From: Heterodontus francisci
Lineage: Eukaryota
Direction of reading: 5' to 3'
Assembly: GCF_036365525.1 (NCBI RefSeq)
Contig: NC_090399.1
Span: 15,251,558 to 15,315,557, forward strand
DNA: 64,000 bases
Part shown: positions 22,823-35,960 of the stretch, piece by piece
Position numbering within the stretch: position 1 is the first letter of the stretch
Layout: each line of letters opens with the position of its first letter
Translations under genes and position numbers: made by a program
Notes under the pieces: generated by a model
Told to the model about the DNA's origin: nothing
Database searches by the model: none
Seen by the model: the letters and a program-made list of their open reading frames with translations, nothing else

Positions 22823-25800
22823 TCTCTTGATTGGAGTATAAGAGTAAAAGAATTCTTACTACATTTATACAGGGCATTGGTGAAGCCACATCTGGAGTAC
22901 TGTGTGCAGTTTTGGTCTCCTTACCGAAGGAGATACTTGACCTAGAGAGACTGCAATGGAGGTTCACTAGACTGGTTCCTAGGATGAGTGCATTTACCTT
23001 TGAGGAGGGATTAAGTAGGTTAGACCTATATTCCCTGGAGTTTAGAATAATGTAAGGTGCTCTATTGGGAACATATAAAATTATTAATGGATTTGACAGG
23101 TTAGATGCTACACAAACGTTTCCCCTGTCTGGGGAATCTGGAATACGGGGTCGCAGTCTCAGAAGAAGGAGTCCATTTAGGACTGAAGAAAGAATTTCGT
23201 TCACACAAAAGTTTGTAAATCTTTAGAATTCTCTACCCGAGAGAGAGAGCCATAGATTCTCAGTCGTTGAGTATATTACAAAATAAATTTTGGGGTACTT
23301 AGGGAATTAAGGGATATGGCAGTAGAGGTAGAAAATCAGACATGATCTTGTTGAATTTTGGAACCGTCTTGAACGGTCAAATGATCGAACCCAGTTCCTA
23401 TTTCTTATGCTCCTATGTACACTTTAAATCTGTGTCCTCTGGTTCTTGACCCTTCCACCAATGGGAAAAATGTATCTCTATCTACTCAGTCTATCCGCTC
23501 ATGATTTTGAACACCTCTATCAAATCTCCTCTCAACCTTCCCTTATCTAAGGAAAACCGAGCTTCCAAAATCAATCCACATGACAGAAGTCCCTCATTTC
23601 TTGAACCATTCTCGTAAATCTATTTCTGCACCCTCCCTAATGCCTTCATATCCTTGCAAAGGTGCAGTGCTAGAATTGGGCACGATACTCCAGTTGAGGC
23701 TGAACCAATGTTTTATAAATGTTCATCATAAATTCCTTGCTTTTGTACTCTATGCCTGTACTTTTAAACCCCAGTATCCAGAATGCCTTTTCGATCACTT
23801 CCTCAACCTATCCTGACATCTTCAACAATTTGTGCACATCTAGCTCCAGCTTCGTCAACTCCTTTTAGAATTCTACTTATTATTTTATATTGCCTCCCCT
23901 CGTTCTTCCTACCAAAATGTATCACTTCGCACGTCTCTGTGTCGAATTTCATGTACCATGTGTCTAGTCATCCCTCCAGCCTGTCTGCATCCTCTTGATG
24001 TTTATCACTATCTTCCTCACAGTTCACTATTTTTCTAAGTTTTGTGTCATCTACAAATTTTGAAATTGTGCCCTGCACACCCAAATCTGGGTTATTAACA
24101 TACATCACGAAAAGCAGTGGTCCAGTACCAACCCTATGGAACACCACTGTGTACCTTCCTCCAGTCTGAAAAACAATGGGTCACCACTACTCTCTGTTTC
24201 CTGCCCCTCGGCTAATTTTATATGCATGATGCCACTGTCCATTTTATTCCATGGACTATAATTTTGCTGACAAGACTGTTATGTGGCACTTTATTAAACG
24301 CTTTTTGGAATTCCACATACACCACATCAACCACATTAGCCTCTGTTACCTCAACCAAAAACTCAATCAACTTAATTAAACACGATTTATTTTTCACAAA
24401 TACATGCTGGCTTTCCTTAATTAATCCACATTTGTCCAAGTGACTGTTAATTTTGCCCCGGTCTATCATTATCATTTTAAAAAGCTTTCCCACCACTGAG
24501 GCTAATCTGACTGGCCTGTAGTTGCTGGGGTTTTTATACACCCTGTCATGAAAAAGGTTTAATATTTGTAATTCTCCAGTCATCTGACACCATCCCTGTA
24601 TCTAAGGAGGATTGGAGGACTATGGCCAGGTTCTCCACAATTTCCACCCTTATTTCCATCCGCCGCTACAGATGCATCCTATCCAGTCCTGGTGACTTAT
24701 CAACTTTAAGTGCAGCTAGCCTTTCTAGCACCGCTAAATAAACCTTTACCTCGTCCAGTATCTCAACTTTTATTTTATCTTTCACTATGACTTTAACAGC
24801 ATCTTCTTCCTTAGTAAAGACATATGCATAGTGCTCAATTAGTACCTCATCCATGCCCTTTGCCCCCATGTGTAGGCCTCCTTTTTGTTCCTTAACTCGC
24901 CCCACCCCTCCTCTTACTACCATGTTTACTATTTGCACGGAGACGTCGCTACGTCCACGTTCATGCACCACCCTGACTTGAATATACATCATCGTTCTTC
25001 AACATCAAGGGATCCTGGAGATCCCTGCTTAGCAGCTCTGTTCGAGCTCCTTCTGCATAGAAACAGCAGCCATTTAAGAAGGTTCACCACCACCTTCAAA
25101 AGGAAATAAGGATCGAAAATAAATGCTGGCCATGCCAATGACCCCCAAACGCCAAGAATAAATATAGAAAGAATAAATTACACACTAAGCGATCTTAGAT
25201 TCACATGACATACAACAATTTCTACACTTACATTCCTATTACATCTACAACAACGGGTGGTAATGTGAGAGGGGAAAAATTTAGGGGGGATATGCGTGGA
25301 AGGTTCTTTACGCAGAGGGTCGTGGGTGCCTGGAATGCATTGCCAGCGGAGGTGGTAGACGCGGGCATGATAACGTCTTTTAAGATGTATCTAGACAGAT
25401 ACATGAATGGGCATGAAGCAAAGAGATACAGACCCTTAGAAAATAGGCGACAGGTTTAGATTTAGGATCTGGATCGGCGCAGGCTTGGAGGGCCGAAGGG
25501 CCTGTTCCTGTGCTGTAATTTTCTTTGTCCTTTGTTCTTTGACGTGGAAGTCGCTGCCTGTGAGGGTGGTCGGAACAGAGATGATGAATGATTTTAACAG
25601 AAATTTGGAAGGGCACTTGAGAATAAACTGACAGGGCTATGGAGATAGAGCCGGGGAATGAGACTGATTGGATTGCTCTGTAGAGAGCCAGGATGGTCTA
25701 GATGGGCTGAAAGGCCACCTTCTGTGCCGTCATAACTCAATGACTCTATTAACTTTGGTTCAGTTAGCGCCTTTAACATAGTAAAACGTCCCAAGTCTCT

Positions 25801-26210
25801 TCACAGGAGCATTATAAGGCACAATTTGAAACCAAGATACATCAGGAGATATAAGGGCAAATGATCAAAAGCTTGGTCAAAGGGATGGTTAAATGAGGAA
25901 AGAGAGTGAAAGGGGTGGAGGAGATTTCACAGAATCATAGAATTATTACAGCACAGAAGAACGCCATTTGGTCCATTATGTCTGCACCGGCTTGCTGAAT
26001 GAGCAATTCACTTAGTGTCATTGCCCTGCCTTCGCCTCGTAACCCTGCAGATTCTTCCTTTTCATATAACAGTCTTGTTTCGATGGAACCTGCCTCCACC
26101 ACGCTGGCAGACAGTGCATTCCAGACCTTAATAACTCGCTGTATGAAAAAGCTTTTCCTCATGTTGCCGTTGCTTCTTTTGCCAATTACTTTAAATCAGT
26201 GCCCTCTTGG
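22823..26210. mobile_element. Patchwork of CR1 fragments on both strands
   Basis: KPHLEYCVQFWSP (+, ~22880), NYRPVRLASVVGK and DKSPGLD (-, 24218-24900), FFTQRVVGAWNALP (+, ~25300), FFIQRVIKVWNAL (-, ~26000). Confidence 0.85.
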
Positions 26211-26959
26211 TCTTTATCGGATATCGGGTTACAAGAGAGCCACCTCCAGCTTAATACACAGCTACAGTTAATGGCTTAGTACAAAGAGGAGGAAACTCAG
26301 TCCTTTCTTTAACTATCAATTTACTTTATTCACGTTGTTGTACAATGTAAGAATAAGGCTTATACACTTAGTTAGACAAAAGCATGCAACTCAAATTGTG
26401 TTATACAGTTAATAACAAAGCTAGCTAAAATTGATAAGCACACCCACTAGGTTCCTCTGACCTTTCCCTGACGTGTTCACAGAAAACAAAGGATAATACC
26501 CGAAAAAGGGAGAGTTGATGCTGGCCAGGCGTTCCGTTCTCTCTCTCTTTTACGTTGTCACTGCGTTGCTCACGCAGGGTCTTCCACTTCCACGATTGTT
26601 GATCTCCGGAGTTTATCGATGGCTCTATGCCCAAAAAGGTATATTCTTATTCTCCTTTTCATCTCTCCAGAACTGAGCTGTCTCTTTCCGGTTGGTTTAA
26701 GCCTGCTCACCTCGTTCGTATCTTCTCCTAATTGGCCCAGGCCCAAAGACCCCGGTTTCACACCGTGTCCAAATAAGGCTCTTTTCCTGTGATCACTCCT
26801 TTGTCTCATCACACAAACCAACCAGTTCAAACTGGTATCCACCAGCACAGGCCAGCGTCCGAGCCTGCAGGCCATCACAAACAATCCCAGCAGTTTGTAA
26901 CTGATTCTGTATTTCTTGCAGCCCCTGGCCAACATTCAGACAGCTTTTGAAAAGGTCCC

Positions 26960-27872
26960 ACACAAGAGGTTAGTAAACAAAAACAGAATAAATGGGATTG
27001 GGCGGAATATACTGGCATGGATTGAGAACTGGTAATGGACAGGAAACAGAGTTTAGTTTAGTTTAGAGATCCAGCACTGAAACAGGCCCTTCGGCCCACC
27101 GAATCTGTGCCGACCATCAACCACCCATTTTTTACTAATCCTGCACTAATCCCATGTTCCTACCACATCCCCACCTGTCCCTATATTTCCCTACCACCTA
27201 CCTATACTAGGGGCAGTTTATAATGGCCAATTTACCTACCAACCTGCAAGTCTTTTGGTTTGTGGGAGGAAACCGGAGCACCCGGAGGAAACCCACGCAG
27301 ACACAGGGAGAACTTGCAAACTCCACACAGGCAGTACCCAGAATTGAACCCGAGTCGCTGGACCTGTGAGGCTGCAGTGCTAACCAGTGCGCCACTGTGC
27401 CGCCCCAAGAGAGTAGGAATAAATGGGTCATTCTCCGGTCGGCAGGCTGTGACTAGTGGGGTACCGCAAGGATCAGTGCTTGGGCCCCAGCTATTCACAA
27501 TCTATAGCAATGATTTGGATATGGGGATTAGATGTATTATTTCCAAGTTTACAGATGACACAAAGTGGAAGTGTGAGTTATGAGGAGGATGCAAAGACGC
27601 TTCAAGGGGATTTGGCGAGGCTCCGCGAGTGGGAAAATATTTGGTAAATGGAATACAATGTGGATAAATGTGAGGTTATCTACTTTGATAGGAAAAACAG
27701 AAATATTTCTTAAATAGTGAGAGGCTGAGAAGTGTTGAACTTCAAAGGGACGTGGGTGTCCTTGTTCATGAGTCACTGCAAGATAACATGCAGGTATAGC
27801 AAGCAATTAAGAAGGCAAATGGTATGTTGGCATTCATCACAAGAAGATTTGAGTATAGGAATAAAGATGTCA
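26960..27872 (+). mobile_element. CR1 RT fragment hosting a SINE
   Basis: VTSGVPQGSVLGPQLFTIY, SKFTDDTK. Confidence 0.85.
27052..27406 (-). mobile_element. tRNA-derived V-SINE (HE1-like)
   Basis: Minus strand: A/B-box head, V-domain tgtgtggagtttgc...gggtttcctccgggtgctccggtttcctcccaca, CR1-like tail, (taaac)n end; second copy at 45611-45922. Confidence 0.85.
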
Positions 27873-27874
27873 TA

Positions 27875-28295
27875 CTTCCCAATATTTAATTAGAGGATTC
27901 TGCTTATCCAGTACTGGATATCGGACAATCAGTCTTACAATTCAGAGACAGGGAAGAGTCAAGCGTGGGTGGTAAGGTAGAGATGGATATCGGCAGCATA
28001 CATGTGAGAACTGATGCTGTTTTTTTCCAATGACATTGCCAAGGCGCAATGCGAAATTGGAGGGAGCCAAGGATAGATCCTTGGGGGATACCAGCGGTGC
28101 TGTTGTGGGAGCTGGAATAAAAGCCATCGCATTAGATTCTCTGGCTATGAATAGATAGATAACATTGGAACCGGGCGAGTTCAGTCCACTCTGCCGGATG
28201 ACGGCGGAGAGGCATTGGAGGAAGATGGTGTGTTCAGTCGTGTCAAAGACTGCAGATAGGTCGTGAAGGACGAGGAGGGATTGTTTGTCCACGAG
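27875..28295 (-). mobile_element. L2-like RT fragment
   Basis: SLLVLHDLSAVFDTTEHTIFLQCLS. Confidence 0.7.
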
Positions 28296-29210
28296 GATTT
28301 CAAATTTATAATCCCATGCTTGGAAACAGAGTAAACATGCAAACAACTGTGCATAGGTTGCGGTTGTATGAAATGGACTGTGCATGCTTGATATGCTCAA
28401 GTTCATGGTTCATACTGTAGCGCTTACAACATTCAGATTGTGATTTTATTTAACAAACGACGTGCACATGATTTGAAAATTGGCACCTAAAATGATTATT
28501 TTACCTCTCCAAATGACACACTTGAACTCAGTGATAATCTACTTTTCATATGACAGCGGCAACTGCCATGGCTCTGAATTAACCAAACACCAACGCAGGT
28601 TTATAGCTACAGGGATGCAATTCATAATTGCACAAGCAGGGAGATTCCCTCAAGCCAAACGTTGTTTTCAGACGCCCGAATGCCATCGGTGAACTACAGT
28701 GATTGTGTTTACTCCAATGTTCGCATCTAGTTCAGGGAAATATGTTATCACGTGGACATTTTTTAAAACTTGACATATGTTTCAACCACACCAGGCACAA
28801 ACAAATGCTTTTCCTTTGCTAATTGGGTCACTGTGGCGCAAAACAAAATCTAAATAAAGCTTTGCTTCAACATTTCTCACGCATGCGGTTGAACTTGTGC
28901 ACTTTAGAATGCTGTGGGAGGGAATTAGGCCTCCTTTCACCAGGTTATATTTAAGGCACCTAGCTATTTCTATCAAATGTGTGCGTGCAGAGTGGGCGAT
29001 ATTTGCGTTGGGTCTATTGACGAGCGTGCGCCACTGACACCCGCTTCTACCACATCTTCAGAATGTGGTTTTCCGCCCACTGGTGCACGAATTTGCTGGA
29101 ATTCGTTGTCGGCACGCAATTTGTTGGATTATATATTGATGAGGACAGCTTTTGCACTGGAACCTTCCCTCTATTTTTGAACTCCCAAATACGCCTCAAA
29201 GAGTGTTTTA

Positions 29211-29342
29211 CCTGATGAAAGGTTGCTGACCTGAAACGTTAACTATTACCCCCTCCACAGATACTGCCAGACCTGCTGAATATTTCCAGCATTTTCTGCT
29301 CTTATTTCAGATTTCCAGCATCCGCAGTATTTTGTTTTTGTT
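29211..29342 (+). mobile_element. Older Penelope-like terminal fragment
   Basis: Diverged reverse complement of the 6549 element; CTGATGA...GAAAC motif. Confidence 0.7.
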
Positions 29343-29374
29343 GTTATCGGCACTGGAGTTGATCTTCATACCTG

Positions 29375-29700
29375 ACAGACTAGTAATCCAGAGCCTAGGC
29401 TAATGCTCTAGGGGGCGGGTTCGAATCCCACCAGGGCACCTAGTGAAATATGAATTCAATTCATTAAAAAAATCTGGAATTAAAAGCTAGTCTAATGAAA
29501 CTATTGTCGATTGTTTTTAAAACCCAATCTGGCTCACTAATGTCCTTCAGGGAAGGAAATCTGTGTCCTGACCTGGTCTGGCCCACATGTGACTCCAGAT
29601 CCACAGCAATGTGGTCGACTCTTGACTGCCCTCTGAAATGGCCTCGCAAGCCACTCAGTTCAAGGGCAATCAATGCTGGCCTTTTCAGCGATCTTCCCAC
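29375..29700 (+). mobile_element. tRNA-derived SINE; related copy on minus strand at ~36820-37185
   Basis: B-box ggttcgaatccc; 3' end resembles that of the second LINE family. Confidence 0.7.
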
Positions 29701-29887
29701 CTCTCCGTCCCCCACCCCCATCCCACCAAAAAACGAATTAAAAAAGGGCCTGAGGTCGGGCGCTTTCACTTCAGCTCGGACAGAGGAGCTTTGTGTACTC
29801 AAATAGAGAGACCGCAAGTAGTTCCATTCACACCCACTTACATTGAGACTGTTCATTTGGGAGTTGCTCCACATCGTACATATCTTT

Positions 29888-31015
29888 AACAAAAGCAAAA
29901 TACTGCGGATGCTGGAAATCTGAAACAAAAACAAGAAATGCTGGAATCACTCAGCAGGTCTGGCAGCATCTGTGCAAAAAGAAGCAGAGTTAACGTTTCG
30001 GGTCAGTGACCCTTCTTCGGAACTGACAAATATTAGAAAAGTCACAGATTATAAACAAGTGAGGTGGGGGTTGGGCAAGAGATAACAAAGGAGAAGGTGC
30101 AGATTGGACCAGGCCACATAGCTGACCAAAAGGTCACGGAGCAAAGGCAAACAATATGTTAATGGTGTGTTGAAAGACAAAGCATTAGTACAGATTAGGT
30201 GTGAATACACTGAATATTGAACAGCAGCAAGTGCAAACCTGAAGAAAAACAACCTGAAAAAAACAGTGGGTAAGCAAACTGAACAAACTAAGATGAAATG
30301 AAATAAATGCAAAAAAAATTGTAAAAAATGTAAAAAGGAATGTAAAAAAAAGGAAGAAAAAATAACTAAAAATGAAAGTAAAATGGGGGGCTGTCATGCT
30401 CTGAAATTATTGAACTCAATGTTCAGTCTGGCAGGCTGTAGTGTGCCTAATCGGTAGATGAGATGCTGTTCCTCGAGCTTGCGTTGATGTTCACTGGAAC
30501 ACTGCAGCAATCCCAGGACAGAGATGTGAGCATGAGAGCAGGGGGGAGTGTTGAAATGTGCATTTCATTTTTAGTTATTTTTTCTTCCTTTTTTTTACAT
30601 TCCTTTTTACATTTTTTACAATTTTTTTTGCATTTATTTCATTTCATCTTAGTTTGTTCAGTTTGCTTACCCACTGTTTTTTTCAGGTTGTTTTTCTTCA
30701 GGTTTGCACTTGCTGCTGTTCAATATTCAGTATATTCACACCCAATCTGTACTAATGCTTTGTCTTTCAACACACCATTAACATATTGTTTGCCTTTGCT
30801 CCGTGACCTTTTGGTCAGCTATGTGGCCTGGTCCAATCTGCACCTTCTCCTTTGTTATCTCTTGCCCAACCCCCACCTCACTTGTTTATAATCTGTGACT
30901 TTTCTAATATTTGTCAGTTCCGAAGAAGGGTCACTGACCCGAAACGTTAACTCTGCTTCTTTTTCCACAAATGCTGCCAGACCTGCTGAGTGATTCCAGC
31001 ATTTCTTGTTTTTGT
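29888..31015 (-). mobile_element. Penelope-like element 3' portion with inverted pseudo-LTR copy
   Basis: Minus strand 30561-30394 encodes GIY-YIG C-terminus HFNTPPCSHAHISVLGLLQCSSEHQRKLEEQHLIYRLGTLQPARLNIEFNNFRA*; arms ~29926-30377 and ~30563-31015 are near-identical inverted repeats. Confidence 0.9.
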
Positions 31016-32473
31016 GTCGTACATATCTTTACCGTGTGCATACAGAAGATGCTGCTCATCCAGCGAATTGCCTTTGTGCAACTGATTCCCATTGCACTAT
31101 GCACTGGTGAGTGAACTTCTTTTCCTGAGCTATTATTACAGAATGCAGCGAATATCGGCATAAATTCCAATTTGATGTTTTAACAACTTGAGAATCGTTG
31201 AAGTCACCAACGTTAAAGTTAAGATGACTTTTGCCATTTTCTGCAAAACTTCAGATTTAAGCTTAATAGATTTAATATGATGTGCCAACCATGAAAATAT
31301 GTGCTCCCACTGCGGATTTATCATCAATAAATTGACATTCCATAAATCATTCGGCAGTAAGTCCGGTTATTGATTTCTGATTAAACTGTGCCACGTCTAT
31401 GATTTCATTGTGCTTAAGATGCAGGAGATACTATCGTCATTGCTAACATGAATATTTTTAAAGAAACATGCGCAGCAGTATATAGTTAGAAATCCGCAAT
31501 GAATGAATCAAAAAACCATAGAATGGTTACAGCACAAAAGGAAGCCATTCGGCCTGTCGTGTCCATGCCGGCTCGCTGCAAGAGCAATTCACCGAGTCCC
31601 ACTCCCCTGCCTTTTCATTTGTATCATTTGAGTAGCCCCTCCACCCGAGACTGCTGTCGGGTGAAATGGGGACTAAACACAAAATAAATGAGGCAAAAGA
31701 TGACATATGCCGAATATTTAGTTTTTTTTTTCTGAAATCAGCAACTGTAATTAGCTGTAAATTCAACCGGAATCGTTCTAAGCCGATTTCTGGTCCAGCA
31801 AAATACCAACGCAGAAAATATTCAAAACCAATCCTCAGTAGAGAGTTCCAGGTATGATTAATTCTGTTTGGAAATTGATAAGCACGAACAGGGAAGGACG
31901 ATCAAAACCTTTCACTCCTACATCTATTTTAGAGATCTGAGCGGAATATTTTGACCGCCACTTTCGGGGTCTCACACTCACTAGGTAGTGATTATTAAAA
32001 TAGTGCGAATACTGCCCCTGATATTCTGTATACTGACATTAGCGTTAGGAATACCTCGACAGATACAGCCCGGATTTGCCGATTAGCCACCGCTGCTTCA
32101 AGGAATCCGCTTTGGGTAGCCGCATGAAAACTTTTCCTTAGAGGCTTCTGCATTTAGTGCTTAAAGAGACAAAGGCCCACGATTTTAGCATTCAACAAAC
32201 GAATCCTAATAATGAATGTGTTGGGTTCTTTTCTGGATTGTACGTAGAGGTTCAGTTTTGAATAGCTGTCTCCAATCTACTCACGTCTGCTGATGGTTGA
32301 TTGCATCCTTCACTTGTCGCTTCAGGGGGCTGTAGGCTGCAAAAAAATCATTTGCACTCTGGTACTGACCGGGGAAAGCTAACTGCATGTTTTCTGAGAG
32401 CCAGGATATATTGTTCATAATAACACTAAGTAGCTGCGGTGAGGAATGCCGAGAAAATGATTATAAAAATAAG

Positions 32474-32519
32474 ATGTCCACAATATGTATTGTGTTATTA
32501 TATGTATTATTTCACCCAG
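32474..32519 (+). CDS. Gene B candidate signal-peptide exon MSTICIVLLYVLFHP, donor apparently defective
   Basis: Hydrophobic 15-codon leader ending FHP (compare NKp30 leader ending VHPG); junction reads CCA GTCCGC, one G short of a phase-1 donor. Confidence 0.55.
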
Positions 32520-34577
32520 TCCGCGTCTCTGACATGCATATGTCATGCTGGGTGTTTGTCCTGAGACAGAGTCTGTTGACAATGTCAGAGAGATTCACCC
32601 GTGCATTGAAGCCTACGAGGTTAGTTTTGTTTGGTGTTGTGTGTGGGGAGCGGGAGACCTGACATGAATCTGAGCGATATGAGGAACCAGCGCTTTAAGT
32701 GTGTCATTCCTCAGTCCGCTGTTTTAAAGGAGACATCTTATTAACCATTGAACCGCCAGACGCGAATAGCAAAAACATTAATCTATATTTTGTAATAAGC
32801 AGTTCTCAAAGGCTTCCCCACGTCGAATTTCCAGCAATATTGTAAAACTTATGAACTAAGAGACAGGAGGAAATCATTCACAAAATGTCCTACACTGTGA
32901 TGTGTAGTTCAGGAGTTTGAAACTGTAAATGTCACTCCTTGCAATGACCATGTTCTTGTTGGGCTGGCTGGAATCAATGTACGATAGACAGTAACCAGTT
33001 TCCAATTATGTATATCTTGTATTTTGTTATACTTGGAGCTTTAAATGGCCTTGGCTGTGATTAAAACCAGAGCCATTATCATGAACGCTATTTACCATTT
33101 CAAAGTGTTTTGCGGGATTTGCTCTTGCCTCTTGTAAATTAAATAACAAACAAATAAACAAAAAAAGAAAGCTCCTGTTGCCTGGAATAAGGAATGTCTC
33201 CCATTGCATCACAGATGTTGGAGATAATCCTTCACTTCCCAATCACCAAATTATTACTGAAAATCAGAGAGCTGTTTGAGAGGTGTGAGGCGAAAGACTG
33301 CAGTACGGAACATCATGGGACGGCGTTGGGTAAAGAAGATAAATGATAACTAATGATCTAGTGATGCCATCCTTGGAGTATCACAGTCCGTGATACGCTG
33401 GAATATCACCGTTTAATTCCGGGTGAAACAATGAGTAAGAGCGGCTGAAAATCATATCAACTCTCAGTTGATGCGGATAAGAGGAAGGGCTTAAGACGTA
33501 TAACTATCACAGCAATCAAATATGTAGGTAAATTCGACTCAGTTAGCCAATGGGATGTCATTTCAACATTTGATTTAAGCGGTTCTCGTACTTGCAGCTC
33601 TATTGAGTAGATCCGATTATTTCTCTGTTCGAAATAGCACGCAGCGTCGCAGGTGAACCTGTCAGTAATTATTTACTCCGCCAAGGTGCTTATAGATTAG
33701 AGGGTGTTTCGTGATGTTGTTTAAGCGTAATCTGGACTCTGGAGCATAGCTGAGATGCCTAATGCCAAGATGGAGATGCAATTTACATTTCTGTTTCTGT
33801 AGGACATTTGTATTCGTTCTTGGGATGTGAGCGTCTCAGATAGGGCCAGCATTTGTTAGCCATTGAGAAAACGGTGGTGTACTGGGACCAGGCACTTCAA
33901 TTATGTGGATGGAGGAGGTGCAAGCAGGTGCAATAGTAACTTTCAAAAGGAAAACCTATAACTATGTGAACGGGAAGCAGTTGCAGGTCTACGGGTAAAG
34001 AGAAGTGAGTGGGGCTAGTTGGATAACTGTTTCAAAGAGCCAGCACAGGCAAGATGGGCCGAATGGCGTCCTTCTGTGCCCTGTCATTCCATGATTCCAG
34101 TGGTCTGACTAGCCACATCCAGTAAATTGTTGTTAACATCAGAGGGCAATGCATGGCCAATTCCAAAGTAAAATTGGTTGATAAGATTGCTTCGTTTTGG
34201 CAACAAAATATGAGGGATGGTTCCGAGGTTTTTACTTTAACACCTCGCTGTTCGATAGATAATGGTGAAGTCCTTCAGCCAATCAAATTGTGAAAAGTAA
34301 CAGACTAATGATACAAAATGTCTGGATTGCGCCAGCCGTCCTGAACATGACAGACCAGGAAGAGCCAATCTTTAATCAATCATTATCAAACTAGCTTTTA
34401 TATATGTAATATATAACTATTAGACCTGCGTTTATAGATTATAGATACATAATTTTCTACTGTTTATATATAATATGGAGAATGGTGACTAGCAGAATCA
34501 ACTTTCTCCACTCCCCATGTGATAGATATATAATTAGCTTGTCTAAATGATAGATATAGCAAAACTTAACATTGAAG

Positions 34578-34900
34578 TTCATATAAATCCATTTTTCAAT
34601 TCTCTCCCTTTTTAACTGCAGCAGGGAGCCAGTCCGTAATATTGAATTGCTCCGTGCATTTTGAGAGAAATTACTCATTATTCAACATAACGCAATGGGC
34701 ACGATCTCAATCGATTGGCGAAAATATGGACAAAGATCCAATATACATCGGGCTTTTGAAGAAAGCAGACCAGGTGACGTTTGGCAATGAAAGAATTTGC
34801 AATAAATTGTTTGGCTTGACGGAGAGAGACTCAGACACCTATTACTGCCACATAAGAAATAGGCACAGCGTCGGCAAGAGCAACACAGTGGGAATTAAAT
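34578..34900 (+). pseudogene. NCR3-like: Gene B V exon: divergent, damaged paralog of the gene A VJ domain
   Basis: IFQFSPFLTAAGSQSVILNCSVHFERNYSLFNITQWAR...LTERDSDTYYCHIRNRHSVGKSNT aligns with gene A V; core frame open, but indels relative to gene A at both ends; possible phase-1 sites at 34622 (acceptor) and 34900 (T|GTAAGT). Confidence 0.8.
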
Positions 34901-35299
34901 GTAAGTAGTAATTTAAAACAATGATTAAAAAATGCATAATTAAAGTTAACAAGTAATTTTCTCACGAAAATAAAACACACAAAAAAGCTGCAAACACCCA
35001 GGAGGTTTGTTACCCTCTGTAAAGAATGCTGGATAGCATTTTACCTATAGCCGCTGAAAATTGAATGATGATCAAGTCGTTTAACAGCACAGTGCAAAAG
35101 GAAGGGAGTGAAGAAATATCTCAACAGCAGAGGTGTTAATCGTGACAAATATAAGAGGTTGAAACAGCTCTTGATGTTCGCACATGCTCTTATCCCTTCA
35201 CCCCTTCACTTTCTGTTAAACATATCTTTCCTTTTAATTTCACTCCCGTAAGACCGCTGCTTGCCAGGTTTTGACCGTTCCATTTGACGTCGTTCTTTC

Positions 35300-35960
35300 T
35301 GATCCGGATCCCGATCCACTTTAATGAATTCCAAGCTGGACCTGATGTTGATAGTTTCTTTCGCTGCAGTACTATTTTTGAACTGGAGGATCTCTTTTGT
35401 CCATTCTCCCATGTCTCTTTCTATGCCGCTTGGCTTTCTCTCGATCTCTTCATCGATTACTATCACAGAGAAATCGGAGGTTTATATCTCCACAGTCCCC
35501 TTAGGCATTTTCATCCAACCCCTCTCTGAAATGATATCTCTATGTTGTCTCCGTTTTTACCCAGAGGATTAACGCCGACCCTATTTCTTATTGTTCTGCT
35601 ACCATCCCCTGTTCCTGCTTTCACAACATTTCTAGGGCACCCCTTGTCCTAACCTTCCATATCACCAAACTCCCCATTGACAAGATTACTCTTTGACATT
35701 TCTGGCACCTACCACATGAACCCATCACCAAAAACTCCTTCCCTCTCTGAATTTCTGGGAGGTATGTGTGTTCTCAAATAGCTTCGCTCATTGCCGTTCA
35801 GTTGGTACTTTGTCAATGCACCAGTAGATGTAACCCCTGTTTATTAATTTCTCTGGCAACATTGCTCAGAGTCACAAACACCCGTTCTATATTAGACATC
35901 TGTGGAATTGCCTCCTACGATTTACAATACTGTAGAGTAGATATTTCTGTTTGTGAGACA
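35300..35960 (+). mobile_element. Decayed Penelope-like ORF fragment in gene B intron
   Basis: PLVLTFHITKLPIDKITL*HFWHLPHEPITKNSFP resembles the PLE RT-EN linker. Confidence 0.5.

Noticed and set aside
27330-27406. tRNA-like sequences (also ~29400-29440 and ~45860-45922)
   Set aside because: SINE heads with A/B boxes, not complete cloverleaf tRNA genes.
30049-30891. Phe-rich hydrophobic ORFs, repeated at 49297-49500
   Set aside because: Translations of the T-rich Penelope pseudo-LTR.
34864-34925. CACAGCG and CACAGTG heptamers in the gene B V exon 3' end
   Set aside because: No nonamer at 12 or 23 bp; no evidence of a rearranging locus.
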